A program made the translations under genes and the position numbers. Below are positions 51,259 to 61,931 of a DNA stretch of 64,000 nucleotides, one piece after another. Source of the stretch: Candidatus Aenigmatarchaeota archaeon (GTDB lineage: Archaea; Aenigmatarchaeota; Aenigmatarchaeia; Aenigmatarchaeales; Aenigmatarchaeaceae). Location of the stretch: assembly GCA_021163145.1 (NCBI GenBank), contig JAGGXH010000064.1, positions 2,197 to 66,196 of the forward strand, given 5' to 3'. The notes below the pieces were generated by a model. That model was given only the letters and a program-made list of their open reading frames with translations, searched no databases and was not told the DNA's origin. Numbering within the stretch: the stretch's first letter is position 1; each line of letters begins with the position of its first letter.

Positions 51259-51990
51259 TTACCAATACTTCTTTATAAACTTTAATGATTTTTCCCCGTA
51301 ATATTTATTAAATCCTTTATTGTTAATTATGACAAGTTCTATATCAGATGGTTTTATACCAGCTTCTGCTGCTTTTAATGCAGCTATTGCAAGACTAATT
51401 GCATCTTCTTGTTTCATACCAGATTTCCATTTCTTTTCAAGAACTTTAAGTGCTTCTGCTGCACCTCTACCAATAACTTGTGCTTTCCATCCATAATATG
51501 TTGATGATGGATCAATTTCAAATAATTGAGGACCTTTTTCATCAATTCCTCCTAATAAAAATGAAACACCAAATGGTCTTACACCGCCATATTGAGTATA
51601 TAATTGCATTTTATCTGCAATTTCCTTTACTACACCTAAAACATCAATTGGCTCATCATATGTTAGTCTATAAACCTGTGCTTTTATTCTAGCATCATTT
51701 ACTAATATTCTACCATCTGCAATAAATCCTGACATTACTAATCCTAAGTGCGAATCAATTTCATGTGTCTTGTCACTGCCTGAACATGGAACAGATAAGG
51801 AAGTCATTGGCTTTATTGCAGCCAATATAACACCATTTTCAAATATTAGTCCAAGAGATGTTGTTCCTCTTTTTACAGCTTCTCTTGCATATTCTACTTG
51901 AAACAATCGTCCATCAGGAGAAAATGTTACAATTGCTCTATCATAACCACCCATTGCTCCAATATCAGGTAATGCTTCGATAATAATCAC
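51259..51990 (-). CDS. psmA: proteasome subunit alpha
   Basis: YDRAIVTFSPDGRLFQVEYA N-terminal signature. Confidence 0.9.
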   Translation of the reverse strand: MIIIEALPDIGAMGGYDRAIVTFSPDGRLFQVEYAREAVKRGTTSLGLIFENGVILAAIKPMTSLSVPCSGSDKTHEIDSHLGLVMSGFIADGRILVNDARIKAQVYRLTYDEPIDVLGVVKEIADKMQLYTQYGGVRPFGVSFLLGGIDEKGPQLFEIDPSSTYYGWKAQVIGRGAAEALKVLEKKWKSGMKQEDAISLAIAALKAAEAGIKPSDIELVIINNKGFNKYYGEKSLKFIKKYW

Positions 51991-52418
51991 CTCAAAATGT
52001 ACTAAAGTTTAATGGAATTTCTAAGTTTATAAATGTTTTATTAGTCTTTATCATATCTTATTTTATAAATTCTTGGACCATATGGGAGCACTTTATGTTT
52101 TTTAATTTGCACACAAAAGGGGCATTTTTTCAAATACAATGATTTCAGTAGGAAAAGGCATTGACACTTTTATAAATTTGACTATCCCAGGGGCGTCGAT
52201 TTTGAAAGATCAAAGAACAAACATTGCGAATCTATTTACATATACGCTTTCTACATGACATAATATAAGGAAAGTAATGTATATTTAAAGAGGATGCATG
52301 AGAGATTAAATAATGGAACTTATGTCCCAATTTTCTTTATTTTTTGGTAATTAATTACCTTAAATTATAAAACTGATATTACCATAATCTTTATAAATAT
52401 TGGATTATAACTATAGTT

Positions 52419-53216
52419 ATGCCTAATAATGATGACACATCAAAAAAGAAGAAGTATGTAGCAAAGAATCTAGTGAAGGAATTGAATTATCCGGCAATAG
52501 GGATAAAGGAAGCGGTTAAATTGATCAAAAAGGCAGCTAAACATGGTAAAGATAAAGTAATGACATTTGATGAGATATGTAGATATATGGGTATTAAAGG
52601 AGGATCTAGATCTCGATACATGGCCTCTCTAAGATTATATGGACTTGTTGAAAAAATTGGTACAGGGTGGATATTAACAGATATAGGTAAAGGTGTGGCC
52701 GATGAGAATAAACAATGTATAATTGATTCATTCCTTACTCCCAGGATTAACAAACTTATTAGAGAAAACTTCAAAATGTCACCATCTCTTGCCTCACTTA
52801 TATCATTCTTAAATAAACAACATTTAAAGATAAATTCTAAAATAATAGCAAAACGATATCTAGAAGGCATGGAATTTATTAAGGATCTACTTTCTTCAGA
52901 AGAACTTAATATTCCAAGAGATGAGCAAATTGAAATAAAAACATATATGGATATATTCAAAGCAGTCAGAATTATAGGTTGTTTTTCCCCCGTTGAAGAT
53001 ATGAAAGATGAAAAAATAGCTGCAAATGCATTATACAAATTAGCAAAGAAGAATAATTGGCAAAGGTTAACTTGGCTACTAGAAGCTCTTAAGGATCAAG
53101 AATCTGAAATAATTAAAAAATCCTCACAGAAAATTATTGAAGCATTTGAAAAGGATTCGAAAATAAAAATTAGCGATATTGATATTACTGAGAATAATAA
53201 AAATGCAGAAACCTAA
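52419..53216 (+). CDS. hypothetical protein (island gene)
   Basis: No motifs; locally higher G+C than neighbouring genes. Confidence 0.35.
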   Translation: MPNNDDTSKKKKYVAKNLVKELNYPAIGIKEAVKLIKKAAKHGKDKVMTFDEICRYMGIKGGSRSRYMASLRLYGLVEKIGTGWILTDIGKGVADENKQCIIDSFLTPRINKLIRENFKMSPSLASLISFLNKQHLKINSKIIAKRYLEGMEFIKDLLSSEELNIPRDEQIEIKTYMDIFKAVRIIGCFSPVEDMKDEKIAANALYKLAKKNNWQRLTWLLEALKDQESEIIKKSSQKIIEAFEKDSKIKISDIDITENNKNAET

Positions 53217-53234
53217 CTGATAAAGGCGTTTTTA

Positions 53235-53480
53235 ATGGGAAAAAAGTATAAAAGACCAACCTGGTTGGAAATTCGGAAGGTTTTAATCAAGGAATTTGGT
53301 TTTAATGAGATAAAGGGAACAAAGCATATATTATTAGAGAAGAAAGTTGGGAATAAGACGCGTCCTCTAGCTCTTGAAAGAAAAAATCAAATTCTTGGTA
53401 AAAAGGCATTAGGAATAATAATAAGAGAACTCAGACAAGATTTTGGTATAGACAAAGATGAATTCCTTTCTAAATTTTAA
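53235..53480 (+). CDS. hicA: HicA-like mRNA interferase toxin
   Basis: LEIRKVLIKEFGFNEIKGTKHILL (HicA dsRBD-like with His) and C-terminal LGKKALGIIIRELRQDFGI. Confidence 0.5.
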   Translation: MGKKYKRPTWLEIRKVLIKEFGFNEIKGTKHILLEKKVGNKTRPLALERKNQILGKKALGIIIRELRQDFGIDKDEFLSKF

Positions 53481-53793
53481 TTCTTTGTGGCTCTAGAATA
53501 TGGTTATAATTTTCTCTTATTAGGTTTATTGATATTTTTGGTCTTGGCATTTTCCTCTTTATTACATCATCTATATTTTTGTGCTTGAAATAATCATTGC
53601 ACATTTCTTTTAAGATTTTTACTGCTTGTTCTTTTGTTCTTGCTTGCGATACTATTGGGAATATTGGGATGAATGCTACAAAAAACTCATCCTCTTTTTC
53701 GATAAATATTGGCAACTCTAAATAAGACTTGAAATTTCTTCTATTGATACTAATTTGAATTCTTTCTGTTGAACCTTCCTTTATATTAGCCAT
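53470..53793 (-). CDS. hicB: HicB-like (UPF0150) antitoxin-domain protein
   Basis: EKEDEFFVAFIPIFPIVSQARTKEQAVKILKEMCNDY resembles the HicB N-domain; no C-terminal DNA-binding domain seen; convergent with hicA and overlaps it by 11 nt. Confidence 0.4.
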   Translation of the reverse strand: MANIKEGSTERIQISINRRNFKSYLELPIFIEKEDEFFVAFIPIFPIVSQARTKEQAVKILKEMCNDYFKHKNIDDVIKRKMPRPKISINLIRENYNHILEPQRIKI

Positions 53794-54054
53794 GTGCTTT
53801 TACCTCTTTTTCAGCTTTCATAGGATATATTGAAAATCCAATATACCCTTGAAATTAATTGGATTCTAATATTTTTAAGACTTTTGTAGTATTTATTTGT
53901 TTCCCTTTTCAACTGTGTGTAGTAGTATACATTTTACTAAAACAGATACAAATAGTTTATTGACTGATTTTATAACGAAGGAATTCAATAAATAATATTA
54001 ATTGTCTTATTAGACACGTTAAATTTATAAATATAGAAATACTACTATATAGTA

Positions 54055-54864
54055 GTGGTATATATGGAAGGTACTAATGCTTCAGAGCAAATGCAACAAA
54101 TTAGACATGAAAATATAGGAGAGCAGAGATCTATAAGTTGCTGTTATAAAAGAAGATTTATAAGCAATGATTCAGTCGACACTGCATTAGAATGGGGTAT
54201 TTGGAAAAGAGGAAAAAGTGGTACATTAGAGTTTATTAATAGTGATGATGAGAAAATCCCAGAAAAAGAGAAGGCACGATTATCTCAATTCGCAGAGCAG
54301 TATATATTATACAATGGAACAAGACAACATCCATGGATAGGCACAGATGATAAAGGTTGGGGGTTATGGTGGAAGAAAGAGGAAAATGATTTATATTTAG
54401 GCACTATTTATATCAAAGAAACTGATTTATCATTGTTATGGGAATGTTCATGCATTAAGGATTATAGAAAATCATCAACAAAATTAATGAAAGATCTTTA
54501 TCTTAGTATGAGGGAGCATTTATCAGAAGTAAATAATTTAAACGATACTCCAGGTAAAATAGAAAATTCTCATATAAGTAATGCATCTATATTTATAAAG
54601 CATATGATTGATAGTTTTGAAAGATTACGACTTCGGACTAAGAGAAAAGATAATAATCTACTCTTCGAGGCGGTTCTGAAAATGTTAGATTATTTTGATT
54701 TAGAAACGCTCCCTAATTCATTAACAACTTATAGTGAAAGAAATGATCAAGTTTTTCAATATGAAATTGGTGAATTTTCAGATTATGATTTAAGAATAAA
54801 TAATTTTACTAAATTACCAAAATTAAAAAGACATAAGATAAATTATTCTCTTTATTCTAAATAA
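54055..54864 (+). CDS. hypothetical protein (island gene)
   Basis: No motifs. Confidence 0.35.
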   Translation: MVYMEGTNASEQMQQIRHENIGEQRSISCCYKRRFISNDSVDTALEWGIWKRGKSGTLEFINSDDEKIPEKEKARLSQFAEQYILYNGTRQHPWIGTDDKGWGLWWKKEENDLYLGTIYIKETDLSLLWECSCIKDYRKSSTKLMKDLYLSMREHLSEVNNLNDTPGKIENSHISNASIFIKHMIDSFERLRLRTKRKDNNLLFEAVLKMLDYFDLETLPNSLTTYSERNDQVFQYEIGEFSDYDLRINNFTKLPKLKRHKINYSLYSK

Positions 54865-54961
54865 ATTGTTAAGGTATTAAAAGATGATTAAGAATCCTTC
54901 CCGCAATCTTTAAATACTTTAATATTAATTAATAGGTAAAGCTCGAAGACCTGAGGTCGAT

Positions 54962-55501
54962 GTGAGAATGGGACTTACAAAATACTTAAAAAAACTTTAT
55001 AGAAGCAAAGAATATAAGCAAGAATTAAAGAAAAAACTAATTCTATGGAGAAAAGAAAATGTAATTACAAAAATAAAGAGACCAACAAGACTAGATAGAG
55101 CACATGCACTTGGTTGGAAAGCAAAACAAGGATTTATATTAGTACGAACAAAAATAGGAAAAGGTACTAGTAAAAGAGAAACTCCTTCTGGAGGAAGAAA
55201 GCCTTTAAGAGCAGGTAAGACAAAGCATACTCCAAAAATGAATTTACAACATATTGCTGAAATGAGAGTTGCTAGAAAATTCCCAAATTTAGAAGTATTA
55301 AATTCATATTATGTTGCAGAAGATGGTAAGCATAAATGGTATGAAGTTATATTAGTTGATCCTAATCATCCTGCAATTAAAAAAGATAAGACAATAAATT
55401 GGATCAAGAATCAGACAAGAAGAGTATTTAGAGGTTTAACATCTGCTGGTAAACGTTCAAGAGGATTAGGCAGAGGCATGGGATTTGAGCATAAAAAATA
55501 G
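54962..55501 (+). CDS. rpl15e: 50S ribosomal protein L15e
   Basis: HALGWKAKQGFILVRTKIGKG...RAGKTKHTPK pattern. Confidence 0.85.
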   Translation: MRMGLTKYLKKLYRSKEYKQELKKKLILWRKENVITKIKRPTRLDRAHALGWKAKQGFILVRTKIGKGTSKRETPSGGRKPLRAGKTKHTPKMNLQHIAEMRVARKFPNLEVLNSYYVAEDGKHKWYEVILVDPNHPAIKKDKTINWIKNQTRRVFRGLTSAGKRSRGLGRGMGFEHKK

Positions 55502-55769
55502 ATAAATTATAGACTAAAGGAATATCGTTCTTCATTTAAGAAACCATTTCTTTCAGCATATTCTATTATTCCTCTACATAAATCTATGCTGGTATTATCT
55601 TTAACAGGCTTACCATTTATATAATACTCTTTTTCAAATTGTGTTGAAATACATTCTACAGTTTTTCCTAAAGGAGTTTTTACTGTTTGTATCAATGTAC
55701 CATTACACATATTAATTACCTAATAATAGTATAACATTAATCTTTAAATATTTAATTATTTTAAAACTT

Positions 55770-56480
55770 TTGAATCTAATTATAATTATGAAGTTTTATG
55801 ACATGCATATTCAGCCAGTAGAAGCATCAATAGATGAAATAATTAATACTGCTATTGAAATGAAATATGAGGGAATTTGCATAGTTGTAAAACCAGAAAA
55901 TTTTGAAAGATTAGAAAAAGCAAAAAACAATCAAAAACCAATAAAATTATATACAGGAATATTAATTGATACAGATAATATAGATAATATGAAAAAGCAA
56001 ATAAATGCTTATAGAGAAAAAGTAGATATTATAATTGTAGCAGGTGGAAATTATAAGATAAATAGAGCTGCTTGTGAAAATCCAAAAGTGGATATATTAG
56101 CTCATCCAGAAAAAGATAGAAATGATAATGGATTAGATGAAATTTGTTTAAGAGCTGCTAAAGAAAATAATGTTGCTATTGAAATAAATTTTAGAGAAAT
56201 ATTATATTCATATAGAAGATTAAGAGCTTCTTTGATACAAAGAATATCTAAAAATATACACTTATGTAATGAACTAAAAGTCCCAATGATAATAACTTCA
56301 GGTGCTAAAACAAGCTGGGATATGAGACAGCCTAGAGAGCTAATATCAGTTGCAAATTTATTAGGTGTTGAACTTGGTCATGCATTTAATATGATTACTA
56401 TTATTCCTGAAGAAATATTAAAGACAAATAAAATGAAACTTGAAAATAAAATTATTTCAGATGGTGTTGAAATTGTCTGA
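55770..56480 (+). CDS. rnp3: RNase P protein component 3 (Rpp30)
   Basis: PHP/TIM-barrel fold; conserved rpl15e-rnp3-rnp2 context; DMHIQP start. Confidence 0.65.
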   Translation: MNLIIIMKFYDMHIQPVEASIDEIINTAIEMKYEGICIVVKPENFERLEKAKNNQKPIKLYTGILIDTDNIDNMKKQINAYREKVDIIIVAGGNYKINRAACENPKVDILAHPEKDRNDNGLDEICLRAAKENNVAIEINFREILYSYRRLRASLIQRISKNIHLCNELKVPMIITSGAKTSWDMRQPRELISVANLLGVELGHAFNMITIIPEEILKTNKMKLENKIISDGVEIV

Positions 56481-56853
56481 TAAACCAAAAACACTTTCAC
56501 CAACATTAAGATCTAAACATAGGTATATAGCATATAAAGTAAAATCAGAAAGAGAATTAACATATGATGATTTAGTTAATTCTATTTGGCATTCTGTAAT
56601 GAATTTTTTAGGAGAATTAGGAGCATCAAAAACAAATCTTTGGGTAATTAAAAATACATATAATGAGAAAAATAAAACAGGACTTATTAGATGTGATCAT
56701 ACTCAAGTAGAACAAGTTAGAGCTAGTTTAGCTTTAATACAAAGAATTGGTGATGTAAGAGTTATAATAAATGTTTTAGGAGTTTCTGGAACAATAAAAG
56801 CTGCAAGAAAGAAGTTCTTTAATGATGTAGATCTAAAAGATTTTACTCAATAA
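56440..56853 (+). CDS. rnp2: RNase P protein component 2 (Pop5)
   Basis: RSKHRYIAYKV motif; true start probably downstream of the listed overlapping ATG. Confidence 0.65.
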   Translation: MKIKLFQMVLKLSDKPKTLSPTLRSKHRYIAYKVKSERELTYDDLVNSIWHSVMNFLGELGASKTNLWVIKNTYNEKNKTGLIRCDHTQVEQVRASLALIQRIGDVRVIINVLGVSGTIKAARKKFFNDVDLKDFTQ

Positions 56854-57027
56854 TTTAATTAATTTTATGCATTTAACTATGATGGGTTTTTGAAGATTCT
56901 TCAACAATAAGTTTATTTGAAAATATTAGGAAAAACTATTTATAATTAAGAATTGTGATAATATGGTTCCTATCCTTTTATATACATACTCTTGAACATT
57001 TAAATTCATATAAATAATACAATAATT

Positions 57028-58371
57028 ATGAAAAAAGAGACTACAAACAAAGCACTAAAGAATTTAACCTTAGATGGAATATTTTCTCAAGCAAGAATAG
57101 GTATTACAGCTAATTATTTAATACCATTAGCACTTATGTTAGGAGCTACAAATGAATTTATAGGAATATTAAATGCAATACCTCATTTAATGGGAATGGT
57201 ATTTCAACCAATGGCAGCAAAGATAAATAGATTTTTTAATAATAAGAAATTTGTTACTGTATTTTTTTCCTTGCTACATAGATTATTTTGGATCCCATTA
57301 GTTATTGTTCCATTTGTTGTTCCTAATGGATTAATTTGGCTATTATTATTCTTAGCAATATCAAGTATATTTAGTCATATTGCTACAACAACATGGACAT
57401 CTTGGATGATGCATTTAGTACCAAAGAAAATAAGAGGAATATATTTTGGTAAAAGAAATATGATTTCTAATTTAAGTGCATTTGTAACAAGTTTATTAGC
57501 AGGATGGTATCTTGGAATTATAGATGGAGCATTTGGATTTATAACATTGTTTATTTTTGCAACATTTCTTGGTTTGATATCAAGTTATTATCTATCAAAG
57601 ATACCAAATATAAAATCAAAAGCAAAACCATATTTTCATTTTAGTTTTAAAAAATTCTTTAAAGGATATGTGGATCATGAAAATTATTCTAATTTTGTAA
57701 TATTCATGTCATTAGCATATTTTTCAATAACAATTGCTTCGCCATTTGTTGTAGTATACATACTAAGAGATCTAAATCTTAGTTATTCTTTATTTGCTAT
57801 TGCAATAGCTATTCAAGCATTATTTGACATGATATCGCAACCATATTGGGGAAAGTTTTCAGATAAATTTGGAGATAGGACAACATTAATTATTTGCTTT
57901 TCAATGGCACCATTTAGCATACTTGCATGGGCATTTATTTCTTCATTTTGGCAAATTATAATACTTCAAGTATTTACTGGTTTTATCTGGGCAGGATTTA
58001 ATTTATCTGTATTTAATTATCTTTTAGATAGTACACCAAGTATTGATAGTGTAAGGTTTATAGGAAACTATAGAATGTTTACTGCATTTGGTAATTTCTT
58101 TGGTCCATTAACAGGTGGATTATTAGCAACATATTTTGCATCTCAAACATTTTTCATTTTCTCTGGATTACAATTATTATTTATTCTTGCATTTGTTATG
58201 AGACTCTTATTGGCAATTTATATGATTCCACGAGTAAAAGAAATAAGAGTTAAAGCAAAAACAAGAGATTTCAAAAATATTTATTTAAAAGCTCTTGTTA
58301 AATATCCTTTACATTCAGTATCAAGAGAAATTCTTCATATTATACAACATGTGCATTATGAAAAGAAATAA
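57028..58371 (+). CDS. MFS-type transporter (~12 TM)
   Basis: Alternating hydrophobic helices over 447 aa; GxxxxR-type inter-helix loops. Confidence 0.5.
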   Translation: MKKETTNKALKNLTLDGIFSQARIGITANYLIPLALMLGATNEFIGILNAIPHLMGMVFQPMAAKINRFFNNKKFVTVFFSLLHRLFWIPLVIVPFVVPNGLIWLLLFLAISSIFSHIATTTWTSWMMHLVPKKIRGIYFGKRNMISNLSAFVTSLLAGWYLGIIDGAFGFITLFIFATFLGLISSYYLSKIPNIKSKAKPYFHFSFKKFFKGYVDHENYSNFVIFMSLAYFSITIASPFVVVYILRDLNLSYSLFAIAIAIQALFDMISQPYWGKFSDKFGDRTTLIICFSMAPFSILAWAFISSFWQIIILQVFTGFIWAGFNLSVFNYLLDSTPSIDSVRFIGNYRMFTAFGNFFGPLTGGLLATYFASQTFFIFSGLQLLFILAFVMRLLLAIYMIPRVKEIRVKAKTRDFKNIYLKALVKYPLHSVSREILHIIQHVHYEKK

Positions 58372-59577
58372 TTATTTCGCAGTTGAAACAATTTCTATGA
58401 TATCCCTATGCTTTAATTTATAATCACCTTTTACTTTCATTTTTGTTCTAACATCAATTGCATAAAGAAATCCTTTTGCAAGATCAGTATGTATTTTTCT
58501 TGCGAAATCTAATACAGTTGATCCAGGTGGCATTAAGAATACATCTGGTAATATTCTTCCTTCTTTATCAGCAAGTTTATTTACTCCACCAGGAAATACA
58601 GCAATATATTTTAGAAAATCAAATACTGATGCATCTAAAGTTGACTGAACACCTGTTGATCCATATTTCTTAAGAACATTTTCTCTTATAAATTCTAATG
58701 CTTTTAATTGCTTTTCATTCATTGCTTCTTTATTAATAATCTTAAAATCAGAATCACCTGGATTATATTCAATCCAGCCTTTTTTAGCAGCTTCTCTTAA
58801 TGCTAATTCAGACTCAGCTGAGCATGGTGTAAAATAATAATTTGGAAACTCTTTTTTTAATCTTTCGTAATTTTCAGATGCACCTGGAATATCAATTTTA
58901 TTGCATGCAATTAATATTGGTTTTGTTTTCTTTCTTAAAGAAATTGCTATTTGCTTTAATTGATCTTCTGTCCATTTAGTTGGATCACTTTTATCAATAT
59001 TTAATCCATTTAATGTATCTTTTATCATTTCAGGTTTAATATTAAAAACATCCATTTGTTTGGATAATTGTTCTTCTATTTCTATTTCTTTATTTTGCTT
59101 TAATTTTCTTGCAAATTTATCCCATCCTTTTTTTAATATTCCAAAATACCACATATCTAACTCATTTTCTAAAAACCTTACATCATTTGCTGGATCATAT
59201 GACCCTGGTTTTGATATTTCCCCTTTTTCATTTGCTGATCCTGAAATATCTACAATATGAATAAGAACATCAGCCATGTTCAGATCATTAAGAAATTGAT
59301 TACCTAATCCTTTTCCTTCATGTGCTCCAGGAACTAGACCAGCAACATCAATTATTTTAACAGGAACATATCTTATACCATCTTTACAATATCCTTGTCT
59401 TGGATTACATTGAACATTAAATTCTTTATCTACACATTCTACTCTTACAAAACCAACGCCATGATTTGGTTTTATAGTTGTGAATGGATATGCAGCTATT
59501 TCTATATCTACTAATGTTGCTGCTTTAAAAAATGTCGATTTTCCACATGAAGGTTTTCCTACAATACCTATTAGCAT
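58372..59577 (-). CDS. Obg-like ATPase/GTPase of the YchF/OLA1 family with C-terminal TGS domain
   Basis: G1 GIVGKPSCGKST, G3/G4 motifs, C-terminal TGS-like beta-grasp. Confidence 0.6.
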   Translation of the reverse strand: MLIGIVGKPSCGKSTFFKAATLVDIEIAAYPFTTIKPNHGVGFVRVECVDKEFNVQCNPRQGYCKDGIRYVPVKIIDVAGLVPGAHEGKGLGNQFLNDLNMADVLIHIVDISGSANEKGEISKPGSYDPANDVRFLENELDMWYFGILKKGWDKFARKLKQNKEIEIEEQLSKQMDVFNIKPEMIKDTLNGLNIDKSDPTKWTEDQLKQIAISLRKKTKPILIACNKIDIPGASENYERLKKEFPNYYFTPCSAESELALREAAKKGWIEYNPGDSDFKIINKEAMNEKQLKALEFIRENVLKKYGSTGVQSTLDASVFDFLKYIAVFPGGVNKLADKEGRILPDVFLMPPGSTVLDFARKIHTDLAKGFLYAIDVRTKMKVKGDYKLKHRDIIEIVSTAK

Positions 59578-59686
59578 ATTATCACTATTAAAATAATAGA
59601 ATTTAAACTTTAATAATCAATGTAATAGAAATTTGATAAAATATTTTCAGTAAAACTTTTAAACTTTATTTGATTTATATACTTGT

Positions 59687-60187
59687 ATGAAAGCACCTAT
59701 ATGTGAAAATTGTTTGCAAAGTGAATCATTGTGTGATCAATGCAAACAAAAATTAGATGATAACATAATTACACAAAAAGATATAGAAGTATCTAGATTT
59801 ATTAATACACTTTCTCAAAAAATAAAGAGTCTAAAAAATGTAACTATTGTTAAAGCAATAGATGCTACTATATTAACAATTGTATGCGGGTTAGGAGATG
59901 GGCCAATGTTAGTTGGTAGAAATGGGTCAGTTGTTAAAGTATTGGCAAAAAAATTTAAGAAAAATATAAAGATAATTGAATATTATGATAATTTTGAAGA
60001 ATTTGCACGAAAGTTATTAGAACCAGCTGAAATAACAATTTCATCTGTATTCTCTCCTGAGGGACAATATTATAAGATAAAAATACCTTCTCAGCAAGAA
60101 TCAAACATTGGTTTTACTAATCAATGTCTTGAAAAAATATTCAAGGATGTGTGCAATAAGAATGTGAAGGTTGTTTTTGAAAATTAG
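59687..60187 (+). CDS. zinc-ribbon + KH-domain RNA-binding protein
   Basis: CENCLQSESLCDQC then KH-like IVCGLGDGPMLVGRNGSVVKVLAKK; immediately upstream of ABCE1. Confidence 0.4.
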   Translation: MKAPICENCLQSESLCDQCKQKLDDNIITQKDIEVSRFINTLSQKIKSLKNVTIVKAIDATILTIVCGLGDGPMLVGRNGSVVKVLAKKFKKNIKIIEYYDNFEEFARKLLEPAEITISSVFSPEGQYYKIKIPSQQESNIGFTNQCLEKIFKDVCNKNVKVVFEN

Positions 60188-61910
60188 TGATTATATGAGA
60201 ATAGCTGTTATAGATAAAGAATTATGTAAGTCAGACAAATGTCAGAAAGAGTGTATTGCAGTTTGTCCAATAAATAGGACAGGAAAAAGGTGCATATATT
60301 TAGGAGAAGATACAAAATCAGTGATAGATGAAACTCTTTGTATTGGTTGTGGTATATGTGTTAAGAAATGTCCATTTAAAGCAATTAGTGTTGTCAATAC
60401 CCCTGAAAAATTAAAAGAAGATCCTGTTTATAGATATGGACAAAATGGTTTTACATTATTTAGATTACCTTTTCCTATCAAAGGAGAAGTTGTTGGATTA
60501 CTTGGACCAAATGGTGTTGGTAAAACAACTGCACTTAATATTCTTTCTGGTAAGATAAAAATCAAAGAAGATATAATAAAAGCATTTAGAGGAACAGAGC
60601 TACAATCGCATTTAGAGAAGATAAAGCATAATGAAATAAAGAGTGTAATAAAACCACAACAAATTGAAATATTCTCAAAAATAGATAAAACAGTAAATGA
60701 AATTTTAGATGATAATGATGAAAAAAATATAAAACAAGATATTATTGATAAATTACATTTATATAATTTCTTAAATAGAAAATTATCACAATTATCTGGT
60801 GGAGAATTGCAAAGGGTTGCAATTGCAACTACAATAATGAAAAAAGCAGATATATATTATATTGATGAACCAACATCTTATTTAGATGTTTATCAAAGAT
60901 TAAATGTTGCAAAAATAATTAGAGAATTAAGTAAAGATGCTGCAGTTTTAGTAGTTGAACATGATCTTGCAACACTTGATTTTCTAGCAGATAGAATACA
61001 TATTTTCTATGGAGTTCCTGGTGTTTATGGGATTGTTTCAAAACCATATGGAGTAAGAGTTGGTATAAATACGTTTTTAGATGGTTATATTAAAGAAGAT
61101 AATGTAAGAATAAGAGATAAAATTGATTTCAATATAGGAAAAACAACAGAGATAACAGAACATACAATAATACTGCAATGGCCTGAAATAGAAAAAAAGC
61201 TTGATGGTTTTGAACTAAGAGTGGAAAAAGGACACATATATGATTCTGAGGTATTAGGGATATTTGGATCTAATGCATTAGGTAAAACAACATTTGCTAA
61301 AATATTAGCAGGTGAGATAAAGCCTGACAAAGGAAATATTGATAAAGAAATAAAAATTGCTTATAAACCTCAATATATTCAAAATAATTTTGATACAATT
61401 GTAAAAGATGTTATATCATCTGTAACAAAAATAGATAATGATTTTATGAATATTATTGGAAAGCCACTTAATTTGGAAAAAATTTTTGAGCAAAATATAA
61501 GAAATCTATCTGGTGGAGAATTACAAAGAGTTGCAATTGCAATTGCATTATCAAGAAAATCAGATATGATTCTGATGGATGAGCCATCTGCATTTTTAGA
61601 TGTAGAACAAAGACTTCATGTTGCAAAATTAATAAGACATATATCTGAAATGAGAAAATGCCCTATTATAATTATTGATCATGATCTTCTATTTTTAAGT
61701 TATTTAGCAGATAGAGCAATGTTATTTTCTGGTGAACCATCTAAAAAAGGTTTTGCAATTCAAACAACTCTACAAGATGGATTTAATAAATTTTTGAAAG
61801 ATCTTAATATAACATTTAGAAAAGATGAAACTGGAAGACCAAGAGCAAATAAACCTGGTTCTGTAAAAGATAATGAGCAAAAACAAAAGAACATTTACTT
61901 TTATATTTAG
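60171..61910 (+). CDS. abcE1: ABCE1/Rli1 ribosome-recycling ATPase
   Basis: N-terminal 4Fe-4S ferredoxin (CIGCGICVKKCP), two ABC cassettes with Walker A GPNGVGKTT/GSNALGKTT and signatures LSGGELQRVAIA x2. Confidence 0.9.
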   Translation: MFLKISDYMRIAVIDKELCKSDKCQKECIAVCPINRTGKRCIYLGEDTKSVIDETLCIGCGICVKKCPFKAISVVNTPEKLKEDPVYRYGQNGFTLFRLPFPIKGEVVGLLGPNGVGKTTALNILSGKIKIKEDIIKAFRGTELQSHLEKIKHNEIKSVIKPQQIEIFSKIDKTVNEILDDNDEKNIKQDIIDKLHLYNFLNRKLSQLSGGELQRVAIATTIMKKADIYYIDEPTSYLDVYQRLNVAKIIRELSKDAAVLVVEHDLATLDFLADRIHIFYGVPGVYGIVSKPYGVRVGINTFLDGYIKEDNVRIRDKIDFNIGKTTEITEHTIILQWPEIEKKLDGFELRVEKGHIYDSEVLGIFGSNALGKTTFAKILAGEIKPDKGNIDKEIKIAYKPQYIQNNFDTIVKDVISSVTKIDNDFMNIIGKPLNLEKIFEQNIRNLSGGELQRVAIAIALSRKSDMILMDEPSAFLDVEQRLHVAKLIRHISEMRKCPIIIIDHDLLFLSYLADRAMLFSGEPSKKGFAIQTTLQDGFNKFLKDLNITFRKDETGRPRANKPGSVKDNEQKQKNIYFYI

Positions 61911-61931
61911 GAAAAAACGCAATATATATAG

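Noticed and set aside
52081-52418. 430-nt spacer upstream of the HicAB islet as a possible structured RNA (SRP/RNase P RNA)
   Set aside because: No extended complementary segments or conserved GNAR/RNase P motifs recognisable by eye; left as unexplained non-coding DNA
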